Assembly (NCBI GenBank): GCA_020725385.1
Contig: DYFC01000020.1
Coordinates: 1-33,125 of the forward strand
Origin: Nitrospira japonica
GTDB taxonomy: Bacteria > Nitrospirota > Thermodesulfovibrionia > Thermodesulfovibrionales > SM23-35
Length of the DNA stretch: 33,125 nucleotides
Direction of reading: 5' to 3'
Shown here: positions 1 to 8,818 of the stretch, piece by piece
Layout of the letters: each line of letters opens with the position of its first letter
Position numbering within the stretch: the stretch's first letter is position 1
Position numbers and translations under genes: made by a program
Notes under the pieces: model-generated
Told to the model about the DNA's origin: nothing
The model's input: the letters and a program-made list of their open reading frames with translations, nothing else
The model's database searches: none

Positions 1-29
1 TCAAAAAACAATATAAAAAAGAAAGGTAA

Positions 30-95
30 TTTCGTTTATAATTTTAATGAGGCAACAGAGAAACTTTTCGTTTAGATTTTTATGTGAGGCAACAG
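30..95. mobile_element. Probable terminal end of an IS/transposon (TGT...ACA-type end with internal direct repeats) inserted into rsmD
   Basis: Two imperfect direct repeats, TTTCGTTTA-N9/10-TGAGGCAACAG, at 30-58 and 66-95. On the minus strand the outer copy reads 5'-TGTTGCCTCAC from 94. RsmD-like coding sequence (VFLDLYAGTG) starts right after it. No transposase is present in the window. Confidence 0.5.
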
Positions 96-524
96 GTATT
101 CCTTGATTTATATGCAGGAACAGGAACTGTTGGCTTTGAAGCTTTATCAAGAGGCGCTAAAAAATCAGTATTTGTTGAAAATAATCCTGAAAGAGCAAAC
201 ATGTTAAAAAAAATTGCCGAGAAACTGGGCTTTACTGAAAAATGTTCAATAATTAAGGAAAATGCTGAAAATTTTATTTCAAAAACTGACTTAAATAAAG
301 ATTTATTTGACATTATTTTTATTGACCCGCCTTATCATGCTGATATTATAGAGAATATACTTAATATAGTTGCAGAAAAGAATATAATTCATGACAATGG
401 AATTGTTATTGCCGAACATTTTAAAAAAAAGGTATTACCTGAAAAGATTGGAAATCTTAGGCTGAAAAAATCATATCGTTATGGCGATACAATGCTTACT
501 TTTTATGAAAGAGGAGATACATGA
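84..524 (+). pseudogene. rsmD: 16S rRNA m2G966 methyltransferase RsmD, N-terminally truncated
   Basis: Motifs FLDLYAGTGTVGFEALSRGA, FDIIFIDPPY and YGDT, located just upstream of coaD (conserved rsmD-coaD synteny). The usual ~40-aa N-terminus (MRIIxG...RPT) is missing, and the GTG start lies inside the repeat. Confidence 0.75.
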
Positions 525-1006
525 AGAGAATAGCTATTTATCCTGGAACATTCGATCCTTTAACAAATGGACATCTTGATCTAATTACAAGAGGACTTGG
601 AATATTCGACGAAGTTATAATCGCTGTTGCACCTTCGATAAAGAAAACCCCGCTTTTTTCACTTGAGGAAAGGTTGGCAATGATAGCGGAAGTCATCAAA
701 GATATTCAAGGTGCAAGTGTTGAAGCATTTGATACATTGCTCGTTGAATATGTTAAAAAGAAAAAAGGAGTTGCGATTTTAAGAGGTCTCAGAGCAGTAT
801 CTGATTTTGAGTATGAACTTCAGCTTGCTTTAATGAACAGAAGAATAAGTCATGATATAGAGACGGTTTTTATGATGCCAAGTGAGGAATACAGTTTTCT
901 TACAGCAAGCATTGTAAAAGAAGTCGCCTCATTTGGAGGTTCTGTTAAAGATTTTGTTCCTCTACAGGTTGAAGAAGCATTAAAGAAGAAATTCAAGCGC
1001 GTATAG
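521..1006 (+). CDS. coaD: Phosphopantetheine adenylyltransferase
   Basis: Motifs IYPGTFDPLTNGHLD and RGLRAVSDFEYE. RBS GAGGAG and ATGA overlap with rsmD. Confidence 0.97.
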   Translation: MKRIAIYPGTFDPLTNGHLDLITRGLGIFDEVIIAVAPSIKKTPLFSLEERLAMIAEVIKDIQGASVEAFDTLLVEYVKKKKGVAILRGLRAVSDFEYELQLALMNRRISHDIETVFMMPSEEYSFLTASIVKEVASFGGSVKDFVPLQVEEALKKKFKRV

Positions 1007-1061
1007 TTGTTAAGCTTTTCTTATTTGCTGCCACTCATAAGTTGACAGGAGGACATGGGTT

Positions 1062-1871
1062 TTGAAGAAAAAGGTTCATGTCTTTATAATTTCTGATGCT
1101 ACAGGACTTACGGCTGAAATGGTTATAAGCGCTGCTCTTGTGCAATTCAAAGAAATAGAGCCTATCTTTAAGAAATTCCCATATATAAAAAACAAAGAAC
1201 AGATAAAAACAATTCTTGAGCAAGCTGAGAAGGTAAGAGGCATTGTTATTTATTCTCTTGTATCACAGGAATTAAGAGCATGGCTTAAAAAAGAACAGCG
1301 AAAAATAAAGATATATGCAATTGATATTCTTGGTCCTCTAATTGAACGCATAAGCAAAATGTTCGATCTTATTCCATCTTTCAGCGCAGGACTTTTCAGG
1401 AGGATAAGTGAAGAATCGATTCGACTTGCTGAGTCAATTGATTATACCTTAAGACATGATGATGGACAAAACATTGAAACACTTGATTTGGCTGATCTTG
1501 TTATTTGCGGTGTATCAAGAACTTCAAAGACACCAACAAGTTTATATCTTTCGTGTAATCATAATCTAAAAGTTGCTAACGTGCCTTTGATATATGGTAT
1601 TAAACCACCTGATAAGATATTTAACCTAAATATACAGATTATAGGTCTTACAATTTCAGCGGAAAGGCTTGCATTTATAAGAGAACGCAGGATGAAATAT
1701 GCAAGCTCATCAGATTATATTGACATATCAAGTATCAAAAAAGAACTTGATTACAGTCATATTATATTCAGAAAAATAAATGGTATAAATGTTATTGACG
1801 TTACTAATAGCTCAATTGAGGAGGTTTCTAATAAAATAATTGAATTGAGGCAGAGTTTAGTTAAAGCTTAA
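1062..1871 (+). CDS. ppsR: PEP synthase/PPDK regulatory protein (kinase/pyrophosphorylase, DUF299), copy 1
   Basis: Motifs ISDATGLTA, HDDG, GVSRTSKTPTSLYL, ANVPL and DVTNSSIEE. CAGGAGG RBS upstream of the TTG start. Confidence 0.9.
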   Translation: MKKKVHVFIISDATGLTAEMVISAALVQFKEIEPIFKKFPYIKNKEQIKTILEQAEKVRGIVIYSLVSQELRAWLKKEQRKIKIYAIDILGPLIERISKMFDLIPSFSAGLFRRISEESIRLAESIDYTLRHDDGQNIETLDLADLVICGVSRTSKTPTSLYLSCNHNLKVANVPLIYGIKPPDKIFNLNIQIIGLTISAERLAFIRERRMKYASSSDYIDISSIKKELDYSHIIFRKINGINVIDVTNSSIEEVSNKIIELRQSLVKA

Positions 1872-1947
1872 ATATTAATTTATCCAAATTATGCAGACAT
1901 TTTCCGAATAGCATAAAGTGTAATAATTAAATCGTAAACTGTTATCT

Positions 1948-1979
1948 TGTCATTCTCTGGCTTGACCAGAGAATCCAGA
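1948..1979 (+). repeat. REP-like palindromic element (TGTC-9bp stem-CTTGA loop-CCAG)
   Basis: TGTC ATTCTCTGG CTTGA CCAGAGAAT CCAGA, with a perfect 9-bp stem. Same family as the copies at 19219, 19316, 21040 and 21086. Confidence 0.85.
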
Positions 1980-2023
1980 TTTTTATAGTTAAGCAAACCA
2001 TAAAAAGAAAGGAGGAAATTTTA

Positions 2024-4414
2024 ATGGGAAAAAGCAATCAGGTTTTATGGTTCAGAGAACTTGGTAAGGAAGACGTACCTTTAGTCGGAGGCAAATGCGC
2101 CAATCTCGGAGAACTTATGAGCAAAGTTGGTATCCCTGTACCTGAAGGATTTGCTGTAACTGCAGAGGCTTACAAAGATTTTATGAATAATTCAAAGATT
2201 AAAGATAAAGTTTTTAGCTTTCTTTCTGATATCGATACATCTGATATGGAAAAACTTCATGAGGCTTCGGTAAAGATAAGAAAATTTGTTGAAGACTCTC
2301 CAATGCCTCAAAAACTTGAAGAGGATATAATCGAAAAATACAGGCAATTATGCAAAATAAGGGGTAAAAAAAATCTGCCTGTTGCTGTTAGGTCTTCTGC
2401 AACCGCAGAAGATTTGCCCGGAGCAAGTTTTGCAGGACAGCAGGATACTTTTTTAAATGTTACAGAAAAAAGTCTTATCCCAAGCATAAAAAGGTGCTGG
2501 AGTTCTTTATTTACTCCACGCGCTATTGTCTATAGGAAAGAAAAAGGGTTTTCACATGATGAAGTCTTAATAAGCGTTGCTGTACAGGAATTAATCTCTT
2601 CAAAAATATCAGGTGTAATGTTTACGATTGAACCTGTAAGCGGTCAAAAAGACAGAATAGTTATTAATGCGTCATGGGGGCTTGGAGAGGCTGTTGTGAG
2701 CGGTCAGGTTACACCTGATGAATATATTGTTGAAAAGGAAACATTAAAAATCATTGAAAAAAATATTTCAAGAAAAACAAAGCAGATAGTTTCGGATAAA
2801 GATGGTGGTACTAAATGGATTGATGTTCCTCATAATTTGCAGGACACTGCTGCTATGACAGATGATGAAATAAAAACTCTTGCAAGTTATGGAGAGAAAA
2901 TTGAAAAACATTATGGTGTACCACAGGATATAGAATGGGCAATTGATGATAAGGGAAACTTTTTTATATTACAAGCAAGACCTGAAACAGTTTTTGGAAA
3001 AGAAACAGAAATTAAAAAAGATGAAAGGGAAAAAGCAATGTCAGGCGAAATAATTTTAAAAGGCATTGGTGTAAGTCCTGGAACTATTTCAGGAAAGGTC
3101 AAAGTTATTTTAAATGTAAAAGACATCTCACGCTTTGAAAAAGGGGATATACTTGTTACAGAGATGACAACACCTGACTGGGTTCCTGCAATGAAAATGG
3201 CATCAGCAGTAATTACAAATCTTGGCGGAAAGACCTGCCATGCAGCAATTGTTAGCCGTGAACTTGGAGTGCCTTGCATTGTAGGTACTGAGAAAGCCAC
3301 AAATATTCTCAAAGATGGTGAAATAATTACAGTTGATGGACAAAAGGGCATAATTTTCAGCGGGGCTATTACCGAAAAACCTGAAATAAAATCCGAAGAA
3401 GTTACAGTAATTAAAGATAGTACTTCACAGCTTGTTACAGCTACAAAAGTATATGTTAATCTTTCGATCCCTGAAATTGCTCAGAAAATTGCTCAAGAAA
3501 CAAATGCTGATGGGGTAGGGTTATTAAGGGCAGAACATCTTATGTTAAGTATTGGCAAACATCCAAGACTATTAATAGAAGAAGGTGGCGAAAATGTAAT
3601 GATCGAAAAGTTTGCCACTGGAATAGGTCAGGTAGCAGAAGCTTTTTTCCCTAAACCAGTTGTTTATAGATTTCTTGATTTTAAACCAGATGAATTTCTT
3701 GAGCTTCCGGGTGGTGAAAAGTATGAAAGGAAAAATCTCGGACCAAATCCGATGATAGGCTACAGAGGAGAATATAGATACGCAAAAGAAGATGACATAT
3801 TCAGGCTTGAATTGAGGGCTATCAGAAAAGCAAGGGAAAGTATGGGATTGACTAACATCTGGGTTATGATACCCTTTGTAAGAACTGTTGAGATTTTCCG
3901 AAAAACAGTTAATATCATGAAACAGGAAGGACTTGACCATAAATCAGACAATAGCTTCCAGTTGTGGATAATGGTTGAAGTTCCGAGCGCAGTCTTTATG
4001 ATAGAAGAATTCTGTAAAGAAGGTATAGATGGAGTAAGCTTTGGAACAAATGATTTGACTATGCTTGTTCTTGGTGTTGATAGAAATGACACATCGGTCC
4101 AGGAAATTTATGATGAAAGAAATCTCGGAGTTTTACGCGCAATTGCTTACACGATGGCGGTTTGCAGGAAATATGGAGTGACAACTTCTATTTGCGGGCA
4201 GGCTCCAAGTGTATATCCTGATTATCTTGAATTTATGATAAGAAATGGAGCAACTTCAGTCTCTGTAAATCCTGATACAGTTATATCAACAAGAAAAAGC
4301 GTTGCTGTTCTTGAACAGAAAATACAGATGGAAAAAGCTCTTGGGTTACAGACAAAACCAAAAATAGCAAAAATTCCATTAGAGGAAGTCTATTTCTGGA
4401 AGAGCTTATTATGA
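2024..4414 (+). CDS. ppsA: Phosphoenolpyruvate synthase (pyruvate, water dikinase)
   Basis: Motifs VGGKCANLGEL, VRSSATAEDLPGASFAGQQDT, QDIEWA, phospho-His motif GGKTCHAAIVSRELG, GLLRAE, SFGTNDL and SICGQAPS. Strong RBS AAGGAGG. Confidence 0.96.
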   Translation: MGKSNQVLWFRELGKEDVPLVGGKCANLGELMSKVGIPVPEGFAVTAEAYKDFMNNSKIKDKVFSFLSDIDTSDMEKLHEASVKIRKFVEDSPMPQKLEEDIIEKYRQLCKIRGKKNLPVAVRSSATAEDLPGASFAGQQDTFLNVTEKSLIPSIKRCWSSLFTPRAIVYRKEKGFSHDEVLISVAVQELISSKISGVMFTIEPVSGQKDRIVINASWGLGEAVVSGQVTPDEYIVEKETLKIIEKNISRKTKQIVSDKDGGTKWIDVPHNLQDTAAMTDDEIKTLASYGEKIEKHYGVPQDIEWAIDDKGNFFILQARPETVFGKETEIKKDEREKAMSGEIILKGIGVSPGTISGKVKVILNVKDISRFEKGDILVTEMTTPDWVPAMKMASAVITNLGGKTCHAAIVSRELGVPCIVGTEKATNILKDGEIITVDGQKGIIFSGAITEKPEIKSEEVTVIKDSTSQLVTATKVYVNLSIPEIAQKIAQETNADGVGLLRAEHLMLSIGKHPRLLIEEGGENVMIEKFATGIGQVAEAFFPKPVVYRFLDFKPDEFLELPGGEKYERKNLGPNPMIGYRGEYRYAKEDDIFRLELRAIRKARESMGLTNIWVMIPFVRTVEIFRKTVNIMKQEGLDHKSDNSFQLWIMVEVPSAVFMIEEFCKEGIDGVSFGTNDLTMLVLGVDRNDTSVQEIYDERNLGVLRAIAYTMAVCRKYGVTTSICGQAPSVYPDYLEFMIRNGATSVSVNPDTVISTRKSVAVLEQKIQMEKALGLQTKPKIAKIPLEEVYFWKSLL

Positions 4415-4788
4415 ATGCTTTGGTAAATTATATAGCTGAAAAATATTTGAATGTAGCAGAAATAGGAATAGGACGCTATCCTGATGTAGCATATGGTCTT
4501 GTTTTAAAGGGAATTAATGTAATTGCCACTGATCTTTATCCCTTGAATTATAAAGGAGTAAAGTTCTTTGTTGATGATATTACAGAACCTGATATATCAA
4601 TTTATGATGGTGCAGGACTGATTTATTCAATTAGACCTGCACCAGAACTCGTTTTTTATATGAAAAAGCTTGCAAAAACTATTAAAGCTGATCTGATAGT
4701 CAAATCATTATCTTCTGAATTTCATGATGGAGAATTAAAGAGGAACAAAAGTATAAATTTTTATTTATGGGATTTCTATAAGATGTGA
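4411..4788 (+). CDS. UPF0146 family protein (methyltransferase-like fold, mostly archaeal)
   Basis: Motifs EIGIG, VIATD, DDITEPDISIY and LIYSIRPAPEL. ATGA overlap with ppsA. Confidence 0.8.
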   Translation: MNALVNYIAEKYLNVAEIGIGRYPDVAYGLVLKGINVIATDLYPLNYKGVKFFVDDITEPDISIYDGAGLIYSIRPAPELVFYMKKLAKTIKADLIVKSLSSEFHDGELKRNKSINFYLWDFYKM

Positions 4789-4806
4789 CTTAAAAAGGGT
4801 TTAAAA

Positions 4807-5655
4807 ATGAAAAAGTCAGAGACTATAAGTAGATCTTCTGAAGAAAAGAAAATCATTTATCTTGTTGGAGAAGGAACTGGCGAAACTATAACCAAAATAG
4901 CAAGAGCAGCACTTGCACAATTTCACAAAGAAAGAACCGAAGTTAAAACATTTTTTATGGTTCATGATGAACATTATATCTCGAGGATAATCAAACAAGC
5001 TTCAGAGGATGATGCTCTTGTTGCTTTTAGCATAGTTCAGCCTGACTTGAGAGATTTTTTAATTAAGGAGGCTGATAAAAGAGGTATCAAGGCAATAGAT
5101 GTTATTGGAAATTTTATTATTCAACTATCTTTATTTTTAAAGGAAAAACCTCTTGAGATACCCGGAAGACAGTATATTCTTGATGAAGATTATTTTAGAA
5201 GAATAGAAGCTATAAATTTTGCTGTAAAACATGATGATGGTAAACACCCGAATGGGTTGAAAATAGCTGATATAGTACTTGTTGGCCTGTCAAGGACAGG
5301 CAAAACCCCATTGTCAACATATCTTGCAAATCAAGGCTGGAAAGTCGCTAATGTGCCTGTTCATCCTGATATGGAAACACCTGAAGAATTATTTCAGATT
5401 GACCAGAAAAAAATATTCGCTCTAATTATAAGTGTTGAAAGTCTTGTAAAATTAAGAGAAGCAAGATTGGAGCAACTCGGACTTGAATCTGGAGCAAAAT
5501 ACGCTGATCCTGTTCAGGTCTCAAATGAAATTGATTGGTGCAATAATTACTTTAAGAAACATCCTAAGTGGCATGTAATAGATGTGTCCAATAAAGCTAT
5601 TGAAGAAGTTGCAGCAAGTATTGTTACTATCTATCAAAGGTTGAAAAAACATTAA
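4807..5655 (+). CDS. ppsR: PEP synthase/PPDK regulatory protein (DUF299), copy 2
   Basis: Motifs YFRRIEAINFAVKHDDG, GLSRTGKTPLSTYLA, KVANVP and DVSNKAIEE. Confidence 0.9.
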   Translation: MKKSETISRSSEEKKIIYLVGEGTGETITKIARAALAQFHKERTEVKTFFMVHDEHYISRIIKQASEDDALVAFSIVQPDLRDFLIKEADKRGIKAIDVIGNFIIQLSLFLKEKPLEIPGRQYILDEDYFRRIEAINFAVKHDDGKHPNGLKIADIVLVGLSRTGKTPLSTYLANQGWKVANVPVHPDMETPEELFQIDQKKIFALIISVESLVKLREARLEQLGLESGAKYADPVQVSNEIDWCNNYFKKHPKWHVIDVSNKAIEEVAASIVTIYQRLKKH

Positions 5656-5720
5656 CATGAATAGTTAAGATGTTGCTCTTATAATATTGGATGTGAAAAG
5701 TAACTAATAATCTGTCAACT

Positions 5721-5776
5721 TGTCATCCTCCGGTCATCTGGTCAAGGAAGAGGATAAACGTGCCCGAGAGTCTAGT
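5721..5776. repeat. Degenerate or nested REP-like element between convergent genes
   Basis: Starts TGTCATCCTCCGG, contains an inverted core (GGTCAAG...GGATAA) and ends GAGAGTCTAGT. Resembles two decayed copies of the 32-bp family. Confidence 0.45.
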
Positions 5777-5800
5777 ATTTTTTTGTTTTATTCTTAGTTG

Positions 5801-7264
5801 TTAAAATTGTTCCTGTATCCCAAAAGGGTCTTTTATTTCCATTGATTTATTGAATTTGAGTTTTTTCTCACCTCTGTTTTCAAGGTATTTATTTAATTCA
5901 AGGTCAACTTTCATAGGTACATCAACGCCTGCTTTAATTAATAACTGCCTTAGCAATGCTTCTGATTTGCCAGCAAATGCAAGAGCATCACCAAGTACCC
6001 TTAACGCTTCTGAAGGATTATGAAATCCAACTGAATTTTCTGCTCCAATAAAATTCAAACGTAAGAAGGCTTGCATGTAATATTCTTTCGCCTTTTCATA
6101 TAAATTTTTATCAATTGTTTTACCTGCTGCTTCTACAGCATGAGCTTTTTCAATAAGTTTTGCAACAGTGGCTGTTAAATAACCTGCTCTTATCATGAGT
6201 GAGACTGTCCTATCCTGAATTTCTTCGACCTGAGTTCTTAACCATTCGGCTGTTTCTGAATGGCATTGCATACATGCTCTCATATCAGTCTTTAAAGGAC
6301 TTGTTACGCGATGGTCTGATATTTTATATGAACCTACTCTTGTATAGGGCATGTGGCAGTCTGCACATGATGCTCCTGCTTTCCAATGAACGCTTTTATA
6401 TGTAAATAATTCATATTCGGGATGGCGTATGAAAGGCATTTTGTAACCGGTAACATTTTGTTTCCATTCAAGATAAGATGGATCACTTGTAATCTTTTTT
6501 ATAATATTTTCAATTGTTATTGCTCCCATAGTGCTTCCCTGCCACGGGAAAAATAAACCAACTGATTTCATATCTTTATCTTTAATAATATTATATGTAA
6601 CATGACATTGAGCACATACAATACTTCTCATTTCTTGATGGGACAATTTGGTGGGGTCAACACCCATATCTTTTAGCGCATTTGTTAAAGTAAACCCTCT
6701 TGAGATATTAAGCGACATATCTTTATTGTTGTGGCAGTCAATACATGCGACACCAAGTTTTTGAAAATCAGGCGGTATTTTACTATGAACTTCTTTGAAA
6801 GGCATTTTATAATAATCTAACCCCATCTCTTTCTCAAGTTTTGGAGCATAAGGAGATTTACAAGTTAAGCAAACACCCCCGGCTTTTACTCTGCCAGCAT
6901 CAATATCAAGCTGGTCAATGACCATATAAGCATGGCCTCTTGGTTCATTGTATTCTATGCCAAATCCCCATCCATTAAATAAAAGTGCAAGAAATGGAAA
7001 TTCTGATAATTTATCATAAATTATTTTATCTGCATCAAATCCTCTTTTGTATTTGCTCTTACCTGCTTCTGTTGGCTCTTCAGTTTTTTTCCATAATTCA
7101 TAGTGTAAAGGATATGCTTTCCCCCAATTTGCAGGGTCAATTTCACCATCAGCAATCTTTACAGGTCTTATAGGTTCGGTTTTAGGTGGTGCACAAGAAT
7201 ATAAAAGTAATGTGAAGGAAAATATAAAAATTAATATGAATATTAATATATAGTTTTTATTCAT
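5801..7264 (-). CDS. nrfA: Ammonia-forming pentaheme cytochrome c nitrite reductase (probable lipoprotein)
   Basis: One CxxCK (CLTCK) plus four CxxCH (CIDCH, CAQCH, CADCH, CMQCH). Motifs YNEPRGH and ENSVGFHN. Lipobox-like LYSC after a hydrophobic signal. Confidence 0.96.
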   Translation of the reverse strand: MNKNYILIFILIFIFSFTLLLYSCAPPKTEPIRPVKIADGEIDPANWGKAYPLHYELWKKTEEPTEAGKSKYKRGFDADKIIYDKLSEFPFLALLFNGWGFGIEYNEPRGHAYMVIDQLDIDAGRVKAGGVCLTCKSPYAPKLEKEMGLDYYKMPFKEVHSKIPPDFQKLGVACIDCHNNKDMSLNISRGFTLTNALKDMGVDPTKLSHQEMRSIVCAQCHVTYNIIKDKDMKSVGLFFPWQGSTMGAITIENIIKKITSDPSYLEWKQNVTGYKMPFIRHPEYELFTYKSVHWKAGASCADCHMPYTRVGSYKISDHRVTSPLKTDMRACMQCHSETAEWLRTQVEEIQDRTVSLMIRAGYLTATVAKLIEKAHAVEAAGKTIDKNLYEKAKEYYMQAFLRLNFIGAENSVGFHNPSEALRVLGDALAFAGKSEALLRQLLIKAGVDVPMKVDLELNKYLENRGEKKLKFNKSMEIKDPFGIQEQF

Positions 7265-7294
7265 TCTAACCCCCTTTTTAATATTGCTTAAAAT

Positions 7295-7753
7295 TTAAAT
7301 CGTTCCTGTTATGCCAGTATGCATATGAGTTATTCTTCTGTGACACTCCCAGCATTTTCTGTTTTTATTTATCATCATTACCATGTTCTCGTGACAACGT
7401 ATGCAGTTAGATTGGACTATTCTGATACCATGTTCAGATAATTTTATTCTCTCTGGAATCTTTCCGGAATGAAATACAATAACATCTTTTAGACCATCGA
7501 TAGTTTTCCACCAGTAATGTAATGCTTGATTATAATTTGGAAGATGGCATTCAACACAGACTTTTCTCCTGTGTGCTCCAGAATGTAACCATGCAGTATA
7601 TTCGTCTTGCATCACATGACAGCTTGCGCAATATTCAGATTTTTCGGTTTTTGCTATAATACCGGATTTGCCGCAAGCCGAAAATAATGTGATAATCAAA
7701 AAAAGTAAAAGTATTGAAATAAGATGAATAAAATTATTAGATCTTAAAAACAT
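7295..7753 (-). CDS. nrfH: Cytochrome c nitrite reductase small subunit (tetraheme quinol dehydrogenase)
   Basis: N-terminal TM helix and four CxxCH motifs (CASCH, CVECH, CIRCH, CWECH). Directly upstream of nrfA. Confidence 0.93.
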   Translation of the reverse strand: MFLRSNNFIHLISILLLFLIITLFSACGKSGIIAKTEKSEYCASCHVMQDEYTAWLHSGAHRRKVCVECHLPNYNQALHYWWKTIDGLKDVIVFHSGKIPERIKLSEHGIRIVQSNCIRCHENMVMMINKNRKCWECHRRITHMHTGITGTI

Positions 7754-7792
7754 GGTATATTTTTCTATTGATAAATAATAAAATATAATTAA

Positions 7793-7820
7793 ATTTTATC
7801 AAAATGTTATTCTTTGTCAA
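7793..7820 (-). promoter_or_regulatory. Sigma70-type promoter for nrfHA
   Basis: Minus strand reads TTGACA-N16-TAAAAT with TG in the extended -10 position, about 40 nt upstream of the nrfH ATG. Confidence 0.6.
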
Positions 7821-7824
7821 GGTA

Positions 7825-7854
7825 AATCCTCAAACGGGTTATAATTTGAGGATT
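7825..7854. promoter_or_regulatory. Perfect inverted repeat (candidate operator) in the nrfH/globin divergent intergenic region
   Basis: AATCCTCAAA-N10-TTTGAGGATT, immediately upstream of the nrfH -35 box. Confidence 0.45.
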
Positions 7855-7908
7855 AGATGGATTAAAAAACCCTTTAAAATAATTTGTTAATTTATATAAT
7901 ATTGTTAT

Positions 7909-8805
7909 ATGCGTTCGTTCAGAGAAATAAAAGAAGATTATTCATTTAAAGCAGAAGATGAAAATCGTCTTATGGCTTTAAAAGATATTATGGAGGAAAG
8001 TGCCGAGGAAGTAATTGGTGCATTGAATGTATGGATGATGAACACTAAAATAGCTGTCAGACTGCTTGGAGAAACGACAAAGCGTGAACATCTATACGAA
8101 GCTCAGAAAAAATGGTTTCTTGATTTGTTTTCAGGAAAATATGACAGCAGATATTATGAGAGGCTTATTCGAATAGGAATTGTGCATGTGAAAAATAATA
8201 TTGACGCTCATCTTATGAATAGAGCAATTAATATTATTAGAAATTCCTGCATCAATATTATCAATAGACAATGTAAAGATATTGAAGATACAACAAAGAA
8301 TATTATTTCTTTGGATAAAATACTTGATATTAATCTGGATGTTATTACCTCTTCATATATTGAAGAAGAAATAAGAACATATTCACCACTTTATAGAGTA
8401 AAAAGTGTACTTGTAGATTTCTCAGAGAAATTTGTGCAGAGCGCAAATCTTGTACTTGTGATTGCATTAATTGTATTAACTATTGGTGCAATAGGTCTAT
8501 TTGCCTTTGATCTAAAAAAACTTTTTTATGGTGACCTTGAAAGCGGAATTATATCTTCACTCGGCTCTTTATTGATCGTCTGGGTAATGATTGAATTAAT
8601 GAATACCGAAATATCTCACTTGAAAGGCGGTAAATTCAGAATAAGTATTTTTGTTAGTGTTGCACTTGTGGCAATAATAAGGGAAACTATGATTGCAACA
8701 CTTAAACACGAACAGACCGAGATCATGTACTATCTAATCGCATCAATTCTGGTAATCGGTTTTATTTACTGGCTTGTTATTAAAGGTGAAGAAAAGCTTA
8801 GATAA
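7909..8805 (+). CDS. Protoglobin/globin-sensor domain fused to a PsiE-family membrane domain
   Basis: N-terminal globin-like region (WFLDLFSGKYD...RIGIVHV with the proximal His, K.LD.NL). C-terminal 4 TM helices with PsiE-like IEL and ALVAIIRE motifs. Confidence 0.8.
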   Translation: MRSFREIKEDYSFKAEDENRLMALKDIMEESAEEVIGALNVWMMNTKIAVRLLGETTKREHLYEAQKKWFLDLFSGKYDSRYYERLIRIGIVHVKNNIDAHLMNRAINIIRNSCINIINRQCKDIEDTTKNIISLDKILDINLDVITSSYIEEEIRTYSPLYRVKSVLVDFSEKFVQSANLVLVIALIVLTIGAIGLFAFDLKKLFYGDLESGIISSLGSLLIVWVMIELMNTEISHLKGGKFRISIFVSVALVAIIRETMIATLKHEQTEIMYYLIASILVIGFIYWLVIKGEEKLR

Positions 8806-8818
8806 TTTTACGGTCTTA

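Noticed and set aside
30-95. CRISPR array remnant (GTTT...CAAC-like repeats)
   Set aside because: Only two imperfect copies, separated by far less than a spacer length, and no cas genes in the window.
2911-4092. Antisense ORFs within ppsA (and similar ones within nrfA, spt, resB, namZ)
   Set aside because: They fully overlap well-supported genes and have no motifs of their own.
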